DNA from: an uncultured delta proteobacterium | GTDB taxonomy: Bacteria; Desulfobacterota; Binatia; Binatales; Binataceae | Assembly: GCA_963765675.1 (NCBI GenBank) | Contig: CAVXXK010000013.1 | Coordinates: 1-39,828, forward strand | DNA length: 39,828 nucleotides | Direction of reading: 5' to 3' | In this document: positions 28,797 through 37,216 of the stretch, in pieces | Numbering within the stretch: position 1 is the first letter of the stretch | Layout: each line of letters begins with the position of its first letter | Translations under genes and position numbers: made by a program | Notes under the pieces: generated by a model | Seen by the model: only the letters and a program-made list of their open reading frames with translations | The model's database searches: none | Told to the model about the DNA's origin: nothing

Positions 28797-29081
28797 ATGA
28801 AAACCAGAGCCTTCATGACCGCCGCTATGCTGGCAATGGCGTTGGGCGCGCTGACGATAGTCGGATGCTCGTCGAACACGACTCCTCCTGCCGAGGGTAC
28901 CTCACAGCTCGAACTGTCTTTCGACCTGTCGAAATGTCAGCAACTCGAAGCGGGTCTGTTCAAGTGTCCCGCTGCCGACAAGCCGATTTGCAGTGCTGAC
29001 TATAGTGGTTCGCAGGCTAGCCAATGCGTTCGTATCGGGCACAAGGGCAGCGTGTTTGTTGCCGGTCCGGGGACGGATTGA
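28797..29081 (+). CDS. Small Cys-rich lipoprotein
   Basis: MKTRAFMTAAMLAMALGALTIVGC lipobox, four further Cys; GGGAG RBS. Confidence 0.75.
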   Translation: MKTRAFMTAAMLAMALGALTIVGCSSNTTPPAEGTSQLELSFDLSKCQQLEAGLFKCPAADKPICSADYSGSQASQCVRIGHKGSVFVAGPGTD

Positions 29082-29158
29082 GCCTGATCGGTCGGTGAGC
29101 AGCCAATGCGCGCGCGCGTCTCGAAATGGGCCTTCGCGCGTTTTCATATCACGCAGAG

Positions 29159-29830
29159 ATGTGCGGACGATTCACAATCACGCGCCGGGACGGAGTCGCA
29201 CTGGCGGCTGAGCTCGGCGTCCCGAGCGATTCATTCTCCGACTATCGCCCTCGCTACAATATCGCTCCGACGCAGCCATACTTCATCGTTCGTCTCGAAA
29301 ACGAAGATCGCAAAGCGCAGGCCGCGAGCTGGGGCCTCGTCAATTGGTGGGCGAAGGACGCCAAGCAGGCCGCTCGATACATCAATGCGCGGGCCGAGGG
29401 GCTCGAGGCGCGCCCCGTATTTCGCGACGCCTTCCTGAATCGGCGCTGTGTGGTTCCCGCCGACGGTTTCTTTGAATGGACAGGGCCCAAGACTGATCGC
29501 CGTCCGATCTGGTTTCATCGCGGTGACGGCGGCCTGCTTTTGTTTGCGGGTCTCTATGAAGCGTGGCAGAAGGAACCGGGCATTTGGGAGACGACTTTTA
29601 CGATCGTCACGACCAGAGCCAACGCCACGATGGCGCCGTATCACGATCGGATGCCGGTGATTCTCTCCGATGCGCGCGCCGACGACTGGATGAATCCGCT
29701 GTGCCCGGACGCGATGGCGCTGAAACCGATGCTCGCGCCGGCCGACGATCTTCTGATCACCACGCGGGTGTCACCGCAGCTTAACAATCCCAAGTTTGAT
29801 TCCCCCGAGCTGCTCGAAGAGACGCACTGA
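29159..29830 (+). CDS. SOS response-associated peptidase (SRAP/YedK/HMCES family)
   Basis: MCGRF N-terminus, RYNIAPTQ, WGLV..W, INARAE, RRCVVPADGFFEW, HDRMPVIL. Confidence 0.96.
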   Translation: MCGRFTITRRDGVALAAELGVPSDSFSDYRPRYNIAPTQPYFIVRLENEDRKAQAASWGLVNWWAKDAKQAARYINARAEGLEARPVFRDAFLNRRCVVPADGFFEWTGPKTDRRPIWFHRGDGGLLLFAGLYEAWQKEPGIWETTFTIVTTRANATMAPYHDRMPVILSDARADDWMNPLCPDAMALKPMLAPADDLLITTRVSPQLNNPKFDSPELLEETH

Positions 29831-29930
29831 CGCGGCAATTGCCGCGCGATCCAGGATTGTCGCTTGAAAGCGAGCCATCGCGGCGCTACGGTTCGCAGTT
29901 ATTGGCTTCCAGAGCGAGAGCCTAACCTTG

Positions 29931-30863
29931 ATGTCAGGTATACCCACACTGAATCCGCTTTCGCCGGAAGCCGCATCGATCTTCCATTTGTTCATCGGGA
30001 TTCTGCTGGTGATGCTCGCGATCTTCGTGCTGGTCGCGGCGCTGATGACGGTCGCGGTGATTCGCTATCGCGACCGTGAGGGCGCTCCCGATGCGCGCCA
30101 GGAGTTCGGCAATCCGCGGCTCGAAATAATCTGGACGGTGCTTCCCGCACTCCTGCTGATCGTGATTTTCGGTTTCACCGTTCGCACCATTCATGCGTCG
30201 GATCCTCCGGCCGCCGGACACGCGCCCGACCTGCGGGTGATCGGACATCAATGGTGGTGGGAGGCCGACTACCTTGATTCCGGAGTTGTCACCGCCAACG
30301 AGATTCACATTCCAACCGGCCGCCCGATCCTGATCGACGTCGAATCGGCCGACGTGATTCACGATTTCTGGGTGCCCGAGCTGGGACGCAAGATCGACGC
30401 GATACCGGGTCATCCGAATCACATCTGGATCAGCGCCGACAAACCGGGCAAGTACCTTGGAACCTGCGCCGAGTTCTGCGGCAATCAGCACGCCTGGATG
30501 CGCATCGTCGTGATCGCTCAGACGCCCGAGGACTTTGCCGCGTGGCAGCGCGGTCAACTCGTCGTGCCCGCGGTTCCTTCGGCAGGCGTCGCGGCGCAGG
30601 GCGCGCAAATCTTTCGCGACCAGACCTGCATCAACTGCCACACGGTTGCCGGCACGCTGGGCAACCAGCGGATCGGTCCGGATCTGACGCATCTGGCGGA
30701 CCGGAGCACGATCGCGGCTGGAGCTGCGGCGAACACTCCCGCCAATCTTCTGAAGTGGCTCGAAGATCCGAATTCGATCAAGCCCGAGACTCACATGCCG
30801 AACTTCCAGCTGAGCCCCACGCAGGCTCACGCTCTCGTCGCCTACATGGAGACGCTCAAGTGA
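29931..30863 (+). CDS. coxB: Cytochrome c oxidase subunit II with fused cytochrome c (caa3 type)
   Basis: Two TM helices, LEIIWT, GHQWWW, CuA ligands DVIH..CAEFCGNQHAWM, heme motif CINCH..HMP. Confidence 0.96.
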   Translation: MSGIPTLNPLSPEAASIFHLFIGILLVMLAIFVLVAALMTVAVIRYRDREGAPDARQEFGNPRLEIIWTVLPALLLIVIFGFTVRTIHASDPPAAGHAPDLRVIGHQWWWEADYLDSGVVTANEIHIPTGRPILIDVESADVIHDFWVPELGRKIDAIPGHPNHIWISADKPGKYLGTCAEFCGNQHAWMRIVVIAQTPEDFAAWQRGQLVVPAVPSAGVAAQGAQIFRDQTCINCHTVAGTLGNQRIGPDLTHLADRSTIAAGAAANTPANLLKWLEDPNSIKPETHMPNFQLSPTQAHALVAYMETLK

Positions 30864-32536
30864 GCGGCCTGGCGGTAAGAACGCGCGCCGGCGAGCCGAG
30901 CGAGGCGGCGGCCCGCAGGGGACTGCTCGCATGGGTCGCGTCGGTCGATCACAAGCAGATCGGGATCATGTATCTGCTGTCGTCGTTGCTGTTCTTCGGA
31001 ATCGGCGGGATCGAGGCGCTCCTGATCCGCATTCAACTGGCGGTGCCGAACAATCATTTCCTGGGTCCCGACGCTTTCAACCAGATCTTCACGATGCACG
31101 GCACGACGATGATCTTTCTGGTGGTGATGCCGACGCTGGCGGGGATGTCGGTCTACGCGGTGCCGCTGATGATCGGGGCGCGCGACGTGGCGTTTCCGCG
31201 GCTGAATGCGATGAGCTTCTGGCTCCAGTTGTTTGGCGGAATCCTGCTCTATTTCAGTTTCTTCGGCGGCGGCGCGCCCAACGCCGGATGGTTCAGCTAC
31301 ACGCCGCTGTCCGAGCCCGCGTTCTCGATCACCAACGGTCTGACCTATTGGGTGCTGGCGCTGACCTGCCTCGGGATCAGCTCGATCGCGGGTGCGATCA
31401 ACATGATCGTGACGATCATGAACCTGCGCGTGCAGGGCCAGACGATCCGGCGGCTGCCGCTGTTTGTCTGGATGACCCTGGTCAACTCGTTTTTGATCCT
31501 GATGGCGCTGCCCGTGCTCAATGCCGCGCTGGTGATGCTGCTGATCGACCGTCTGCTGAATGCGCATGTCTTCGCGCCGGCGTTCGGCGGCTCGGCGCTT
31601 TTGTGGCAGCACTACTTCTGGGGCTTCGGGCATCCCGAGGTTTACATCATGGTCCTGCCCGCATTCGGGATGATCTCGGAAATCATCCCGGTGTTCTCGG
31701 GCAAGCCGATCTACGGCTACGGCTTCGTCGCCGCGTCGACGGTCGCGATCGCGTTCCTGTCATTCACCGTATGGGCGCATCACATGTTCGCGGTCGGCAT
31801 GGGCCACGTCTACGACCTGTTCTTCGTCTTCACCAGCATGTCGATCGCGGTGCCGACCGGAGTAAAGATTTTCAACTGGACCGTGACGCTTTATCACGGC
31901 AGGATTCGCTTCACGACCTCGATGATGTTCGCGCTGGGCTTCCTGGTGATGTTCACGATTGGCGGATTGACGGGAGTCAGCTTCGCGGTGATTCCGATCG
32001 ACTGGCAACTCACCGATACCTACTACCTGGTTGCGCATTTCCATTACGTGCTGTTCGGCGGAACCGCGTTCGCGGTCCTGGCGGGACTCTATTACTGGTT
32101 TCCAAAGATGTCCGGAAAGATGCTCGATGAGCGGCTCGGCAAGTGGCACTTCTGGCTGACTCTGATCGGATTCAACCTGACGTTCTTCCTGATGCATCCG
32201 CTCGGCATGATGGGGATGCCGCGGCGCGTGTACACCTATCCCGACTTGCCCGGATGGGCCGCCCTGAACATGCTCTCGACGATCGGCGCGTTCATCCTGC
32301 TCGCCTCGGTGCTGGTGTTTCTGTGGAACATCTACCTGAGCCTCACCTCGGGTAAGGATGCCGGCGACAACCCGTGGGATGCGTGGACGCTCGAATGGGC
32401 GACCTCGTCGCCACCGCCGCCGGAGAATTTCGTGCTGGTGCCTCCGGTACACGGACGGCGTCCGTTGTGGGACTTGAAGCATCCCGATCGCGCGGACGAG
32501 CTTGTCAGGGCCGCGATGGCGGCGGCCAAAGGGTAG
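30860..32536 (+). CDS. coxA: Cytochrome c oxidase subunit I, A1 type
   Basis: DHKQIG, TMHGT, DVAFPRLN, GHPEVY, WAHHMF, PTGVK, AHFHYV, GMPRR; GTG start overlaps the coxB stop. Confidence 0.97.
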   Translation: MSGLAVRTRAGEPSEAAARRGLLAWVASVDHKQIGIMYLLSSLLFFGIGGIEALLIRIQLAVPNNHFLGPDAFNQIFTMHGTTMIFLVVMPTLAGMSVYAVPLMIGARDVAFPRLNAMSFWLQLFGGILLYFSFFGGGAPNAGWFSYTPLSEPAFSITNGLTYWVLALTCLGISSIAGAINMIVTIMNLRVQGQTIRRLPLFVWMTLVNSFLILMALPVLNAALVMLLIDRLLNAHVFAPAFGGSALLWQHYFWGFGHPEVYIMVLPAFGMISEIIPVFSGKPIYGYGFVAASTVAIAFLSFTVWAHHMFAVGMGHVYDLFFVFTSMSIAVPTGVKIFNWTVTLYHGRIRFTTSMMFALGFLVMFTIGGLTGVSFAVIPIDWQLTDTYYLVAHFHYVLFGGTAFAVLAGLYYWFPKMSGKMLDERLGKWHFWLTLIGFNLTFFLMHPLGMMGMPRRVYTYPDLPGWAALNMLSTIGAFILLASVLVFLWNIYLSLTSGKDAGDNPWDAWTLEWATSSPPPPENFVLVPPVHGRRPLWDLKHPDRADELVRAAMAAAKG

Positions 32537-32540
32537 GGCG

Positions 32541-33098
32541 ATGCGCAACGCGAAGCTCGCGGTGAGCCTGTTCATCCTGTCAGAGGCAAATTTTTTCCTG
32601 CTGCTGATCATCGCGTACGTCTTTTATCATTCGTATCCCGGCTCCGGACCGACTGCGGCGACCGCGCTGAATCCGCTGCGCACGGGACTGTTCTCGATTC
32701 TGCTGTTCGCGAGCAGCGCGACGATGATCATGGCGGCGAGTAACTACCGCGCGCGAGCGCGTCGCGCCACGCTCGCGTGGCTCGTCGTGACTGTGATTCT
32801 TGGCGCTCTGTTCCTGTTGGGGCAGGCGATCGAATACTTCGGACTTTACGAACACGGCATCGTGGTCAATCGCAATCTGTTCGCGACCACGTTCTTCACG
32901 CTGACCGGGTTTCACGGCCTGCACGTTTTTATCGGCCTGGTCGCGATCGCGATCGTCGCCGGACTTGCCGCGACTGACCGACTGGTCGGAAGCGAGCGCG
33001 AGGCCGACGCTTTCGAGGCGGTCGGGATCTATTGGCATTTCGTCGACGCGGTCTGGGTCGTGATTTTCAGCATCGTGTACCTGTGGGCGATCCTGTGA
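32541..33098 (+). CDS. coxC: Cytochrome c oxidase subunit III (short form)
   Basis: FILSE..FF, FFTLTGFHGLHV, YWHFVDAVW. Confidence 0.95.
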   Translation: MRNAKLAVSLFILSEANFFLLLIIAYVFYHSYPGSGPTAATALNPLRTGLFSILLFASSATMIMAASNYRARARRATLAWLVVTVILGALFLLGQAIEYFGLYEHGIVVNRNLFATTFFTLTGFHGLHVFIGLVAIAIVAGLAATDRLVGSEREADAFEAVGIYWHFVDAVWVVIFSIVYLWAIL

Positions 33099-33919
33099 AC
33101 GGAATCGGCAACCTGCTGCGCGCGTGGGACTTCGATCCGTCGATCGTGATCGGATGTATCGCGCTGCTCGCGGCGTATGCGCTCGCGCATCGCGGCGATT
33201 ATTCGCGCGCGCCGTGGTTCGTCGCGGGCGTGGTTGCGATGTTCCTGGCGCTGGTCTCTCCGCTCGACGCGCTCTCGGACGAGTACCTGTTCAGCGCGCA
33301 CATGCTGCAGCATCTGATTCTCATTCTGATCGTGCCGCCGCTCCTGATTCTCGGCCTCTCGGAAAAATTTGTGGACTCGATACTCGAGGTGCCGGTGCTC
33401 GCGCGAATCGAGCGGATATTGGCGGCGCCCGCGGTCGCGTGGACGCTCGCGATGGCGGTGCTGTGGATTTGGCATTGGCCCGCGCTCTACGACGCGACGC
33501 TCGCGAACGAGGACGTGCACATCTTCGAGCATCTGTGCTTCCTCGTGACCGCGACAATTTTCTGGTGGCCGATTTTCACGCCGGTCGCGCGCGCCCAGAT
33601 GGAGCCGATGCTGGCGATCATCTATCTCGCGACGGCAATGGTTGCGAACAGCGTGCTCGCGATACTTCTCACCTTCGCGAGTCCGGGTCTCTATTCCGCT
33701 TACCTGCATCCCGCCGACTCACTTGGAATCCTGACGACGCTGCGCGACGGATGGGGCCTGACGCCTGCGGTCGATCAGCAGCTCGGCGGGCTTCTGATGT
33801 GGGTGCCGGGCGGGCTGGTTTTTCTGGGTGCGATTATGTTTGTGATGGCCCGCTGGTACTCGGAACCTGACGCGCACAGCCATACGGTCGGCGTCGGCGC
33901 GATCGGGAGGATGAACTGA
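33095..33919 (+). CDS. ctaG: caa3-type oxidase assembly factor (Caa3_CtaG family)
   Basis: SPLD....YLFSAHMLQHL, WIWHWPALY, HIFEH, DQQLGGLLMWVPG. Confidence 0.92.
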   Translation: MNGIGNLLRAWDFDPSIVIGCIALLAAYALAHRGDYSRAPWFVAGVVAMFLALVSPLDALSDEYLFSAHMLQHLILILIVPPLLILGLSEKFVDSILEVPVLARIERILAAPAVAWTLAMAVLWIWHWPALYDATLANEDVHIFEHLCFLVTATIFWWPIFTPVARAQMEPMLAIIYLATAMVANSVLAILLTFASPGLYSAYLHPADSLGILTTLRDGWGLTPAVDQQLGGLLMWVPGGLVFLGAIMFVMARWYSEPDAHSHTVGVGAIGRMN

Positions 33920-34143
33920 TGCCGTCGGATACAGATCAGATCGACGCGAAAGCGGCGCAAGGCTGGACCGCGCCCAAGCCCGAGCGAGTGCCCGCGCCCA
34001 CCTATCAGCCCGCGGTGATGGCGCTGGGGATCACGTTCGTGGCGTTCGGGTTTGTCACCTCGTACGCTTTTTCTTTCGTCGGGTTGATCCTGATCGCGTT
34101 CGCGCTTTCGCGCTGGATTGGAGAGTTGGTGCATGACGAGTGA
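33919..34143 (+). CDS. Small membrane protein, putative oxidase subunit IV
   Basis: P.PTYQPAVMALG followed by two TM helices ending RWIGE; translationally coupled within the operon. Confidence 0.7.
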   Translation: MPSDTDQIDAKAAQGWTAPKPERVPAPTYQPAVMALGITFVAFGFVTSYAFSFVGLILIAFALSRWIGELVHDE

Positions 34144-34660
34144 CGGTGAAAATCGCGCGCCTGCTCCCGCGGGCGACGCTCTCAGTCCGGAACGCCGCGC
34201 GTTCGTGGTCAAGCTTTCGCTCGGATTGATGGGACTTGCGGCCGCGCTGGTCGCGGTGCCGATCGTCGGATTCCTGATCGGTCCACTGATCAAAAAGTTT
34301 CCCGCTATCTGGCGGCCGATCGGCAAGGCCGAGAGTTTTGCGGTCGGCAAGACGGTGCTGGTTTCGTTCCGCGATCCTTCACCGCTCGCGTGGGCCGGAG
34401 TTACCGCCGAGACCGCCGCATGGCTGCGCCGCGACGCGAACGGAGAGTTCACCGCGTTCGCGGTCAACTGCACGCATCTCGGGTGCCCGGTCAGATGGCT
34501 CCCGGACGCGAACCTGTTCATGTGTCCGTGCCACGGCGGAGTGTACTACGCCAACGGCACCGTCGCGGGCGGACCTCCGCCGCTTCCGCTGTTCCAGTAT
34601 CCGGTGAGAGTCAACAACGGGATGGTCGAGATTCGGACCAGCGCGGTGCCAATCGGATGA
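34133..34660 (+). CDS. qcrA: Rieske iron-sulfur subunit of a quinol:cytochrome c oxidoreductase
   Basis: Tat anchor ERRAFVVK, CTHLGCPV, FMCPCHGGVY, GPPPLPL. Confidence 0.95.
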   Translation: MTSDGENRAPAPAGDALSPERRAFVVKLSLGLMGLAAALVAVPIVGFLIGPLIKKFPAIWRPIGKAESFAVGKTVLVSFRDPSPLAWAGVTAETAAWLRRDANGEFTAFAVNCTHLGCPVRWLPDANLFMCPCHGGVYYANGTVAGGPPPLPLFQYPVRVNNGMVEIRTSAVPIG

Positions 34661-36102
34661 ACAAGCTGGCACGCGCGGCGACGAGACTCGTCGAGCCGCT
34701 GATCGACGCGTTCGAGGAGCGCACCGGCCTCATCAAGATGATGGGCGACCTCGCGCGCCATCCGGTGCCGCCCGACACTGGATGGTGGTACGTGTTCGGC
34801 AGCGCGACGCTGGTCGCATTCATGATCCAGGTGGTGACCGGGATCGCGCTTTCCACTTCGTACATCTCGTCGAGCGGCGACGCGTATCAGGCTCTGCAAT
34901 TTATCTCGACGCAGGCGCTCTTGGGAAACCTGCTGCGCGGGATGCACTATTTCGGCGCGTCGGCGATGGTCCTGCTGGTCGGAATTCACATGACCCAGGT
35001 CTTCATCATGGGCTGCTACAAGTACCCGCGCGAGTTCAACTGGGTCACGGGAGTGGTGCTCCTGTTCCTGACGCTCGCGATGGGATTCACGGGGCAGCTT
35101 CTGCGCTGGGATCAAAACGCGGTGTGGTCGATCGTGGTCGGAGCGGAGCAGGCCGGGCGGATGCCGGTCGTCGGCACGATGATGGCGCATTTTCTGCTGG
35201 CGGGGAAAACGATCGGCGGCGCCACGCTCTCGCGGTTTTTCGCGTTCCACGTGTTTTTCATTCCGGCGATGATCTTCGCGGTGGTCGGCATTCATCTCTT
35301 CCTCGTGCTGCACGACGGAATCTCGGAACCGCCGGTGGCAGGAGAACCGGTCGATCCCGCGACCTATCACAAGAAGTACGACGAGCTGGTTGAAAAGCAC
35401 GGAGTTCCATTCTGGCCCGATGCGGCGTGGCGCGATGTCGTCTTCTGCGTCGCCGTGGTGATCGCGATCGTTCTGCTCGCCGCGATCTTCGGGCCGCCGA
35501 AACTCGGGCCTCCGCCCAATCCGAGCCTGCTCGCACGCGACCCGGCGCCCGACTGGTACCTGCTCTGGTACTTCGCGCTGCTCGCGCTAATCCCGCACAA
35601 GATGACGACGCCGGTGATCCTGCTCGCGCCGCTGGTCGGAGTGATCGTGTTGCTGCTCGTTCCGATCGTGTCGAACACGGGCGAGCGCCATCCGCGCAAC
35701 CGGCCATGGGCGGTAGGCGCCGTGATCGTGATCGTCATGATGATCGCGACGCTGTGGGTCGAAGCGATTCGCGAGCCGTGGTCGCCCGACTTCGCCGCGA
35801 AACCTCTGTCCGTGGAGATTGTCGGCGTGAGCGAAGGTCCGATCGCGAACGGCGCCAAGCTGTTCCACGAGAAGGGATGCGAGTTCTGCCACGCGATCTC
35901 CGGCAACGGCGGTCATCGCGGCCCTGACCTGAGTTTCGTGGGCGATCGCCTGACCAAAGACGACCTGACGATTCGAATCATGAACGGCGGCTACAACATG
36001 CCCGCCTACGCGGGAAATCTGTCGCCGGCGGATCTCGAGGACCTGTTGATCTTTCTCGGCTCGCGCAGGCATCCGAAAATCGCCGCGTCGGCCGGAAAAT
36101 AG
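34657..36102 (+). CDS. qcrB: Cytochrome b (b6-like + subunit IV) fused to a C-terminal monoheme cytochrome c
   Basis: WYVFGS, RGMH..H, YKYPREFNW, FTGQLLRWDQ, TLSRFFAFH..H, PFWPD, PDWY, then GCEFCH..GPDLS..MPAY. Confidence 0.94.
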   Translation: MNKLARAATRLVEPLIDAFEERTGLIKMMGDLARHPVPPDTGWWYVFGSATLVAFMIQVVTGIALSTSYISSSGDAYQALQFISTQALLGNLLRGMHYFGASAMVLLVGIHMTQVFIMGCYKYPREFNWVTGVVLLFLTLAMGFTGQLLRWDQNAVWSIVVGAEQAGRMPVVGTMMAHFLLAGKTIGGATLSRFFAFHVFFIPAMIFAVVGIHLFLVLHDGISEPPVAGEPVDPATYHKKYDELVEKHGVPFWPDAAWRDVVFCVAVVIAIVLLAAIFGPPKLGPPPNPSLLARDPAPDWYLLWYFALLALIPHKMTTPVILLAPLVGVIVLLLVPIVSNTGERHPRNRPWAVGAVIVIVMMIATLWVEAIREPWSPDFAAKPLSVEIVGVSEGPIANGAKLFHEKGCEFCHAISGNGGHRGPDLSFVGDRLTKDDLTIRIMNGGYNMPAYAGNLSPADLEDLLIFLGSRRHPKIAASAGK

Positions 36103-36124
36103 CGCGCGGCGGATCGCTGAGGAC

Positions 36125-36943
36125 TCAGCTTTTGTCGCGCGATCCGTAGGAGACCGACAGCCCCGCGCGCGCGTCCGACTGGATTCCGTATTGAGGAATC
36201 GGGTAGCGCAGCCCGTTGGCCGCCAGCCGCTTCATCCCCTCGATCGCTTTCGGCACAAACTCGGGCGGCGTCGCCAGCAGCAATTCGTCGTCGAGCACGC
36301 CGCCGTAGCGGCGCTCCGCGTAGCAGGGAATCGAGAGGCTCGGCTCGCGCGTTCTCAGGGCGCGGCCCCATGAATCGGCACACGCCGACTCGCCGACGAC
36401 GCCCCAGTTGAATTTCCGGTAGCCGGCCCATTGCAGGCCGTTGATGAACAGGATCATCTGTCCCGGCGTCGCGTAGATGAGGCAGATATCGGGAGGATTC
36501 AATCGTCCCGACGCAAGCGGCGCCACCGCCATCGCGGTGTAGCGCCCATACGGGACGGTGTCCATCGCGCGCTGATGGGCGGCGGAATCCTCGAGGGTCG
36601 AGAACCATACGCCGGCCATCGCCTTGCCCGAGAGCCATTCCTCGTTCTGCGGATGAAGTCCGATGACGGCGCCGCACTGCGCTCCGACCAAATCCTTCAC
36701 CGTGATTCCGACGGTCCATCCGAGACGCGCAGCCTGTGCGACGATCTGGTCGGTGGTGTGGATCGATTTCGGCCGGCGAATTTTCGGAATCGCTTCCATC
36801 TCCTCGACGGTCGCGTAGAGCTTCATCCCGATCGGCGTGGTGCGCAGCCGGAGCAGCCGGTTGAGATCGTCGATGATCGCGGTCCAATCGAAATTTGGTT
36901 GCGTGGATGGACTCGCGGTTTTGTCGGCGGTTGGTTCGGGCAT
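36125..36943 (-). CDS. DUF169 (COG2043) family protein
   Basis: LRLRTTPIGMK, CGAVIGL, APL......PD..L.Y.TPGQM, ESACAD, SIPCYAERRYGG..DDEL. Confidence 0.82.
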   Translation of the reverse strand: MPEPTADKTASPSTQPNFDWTAIIDDLNRLLRLRTTPIGMKLYATVEEMEAIPKIRRPKSIHTTDQIVAQAARLGWTVGITVKDLVGAQCGAVIGLHPQNEEWLSGKAMAGVWFSTLEDSAAHQRAMDTVPYGRYTAMAVAPLASGRLNPPDICLIYATPGQMILFINGLQWAGYRKFNWGVVGESACADSWGRALRTREPSLSIPCYAERRYGGVLDDELLLATPPEFVPKAIEGMKRLAANGLRYPIPQYGIQSDARAGLSVSYGSRDKS

Positions 36944-37216
36944 GTCTTTGTCCTTCTTCGAGTTGTCGCGCGCGGCGACTTGGTAGTCGGGCTATTGATT
37001 CGGGATATACCTCACGGCGAAGCGAAATAGCGAACCGCCGCGCCAATTTTTTGCCAGTCCCGCGGCCGGTTTGTGACCGCCCGATTCTTCGCGCGAAATT
37101 CCCCTTGCTACGCGGAGTTGCAATTACGAGCCAAACTGTCCGCAAGCGACTCAGAAAATCCGGCACATATCTTGGATTTGAGATGAAGATCGGAAGCGCG
37201 AGATCCAACCTGAACG

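Noticed and set aside
29159-29830. SRAP as part of the respiratory operon or a mutagenesis cassette
   Set aside because: Separated from coxB by 100 bp, functionally unrelated, and no imuABC/umuDC genes or clear LexA box nearby.
30542-30859. N-terminal extensions of coxA (also 34390-34656 for cyt b and 7895-8080 for ArsA)
   Set aside because: They overlap neighbouring genes in other frames; coupled downstream starts give normal-length proteins.
37161-37175. Sigma54-like site CGGCAC-N5-TTGG upstream of the hybrid kinase
   Set aside because: The invariant -12 GC reads GG, and no enhancer-binding protein is nearby.
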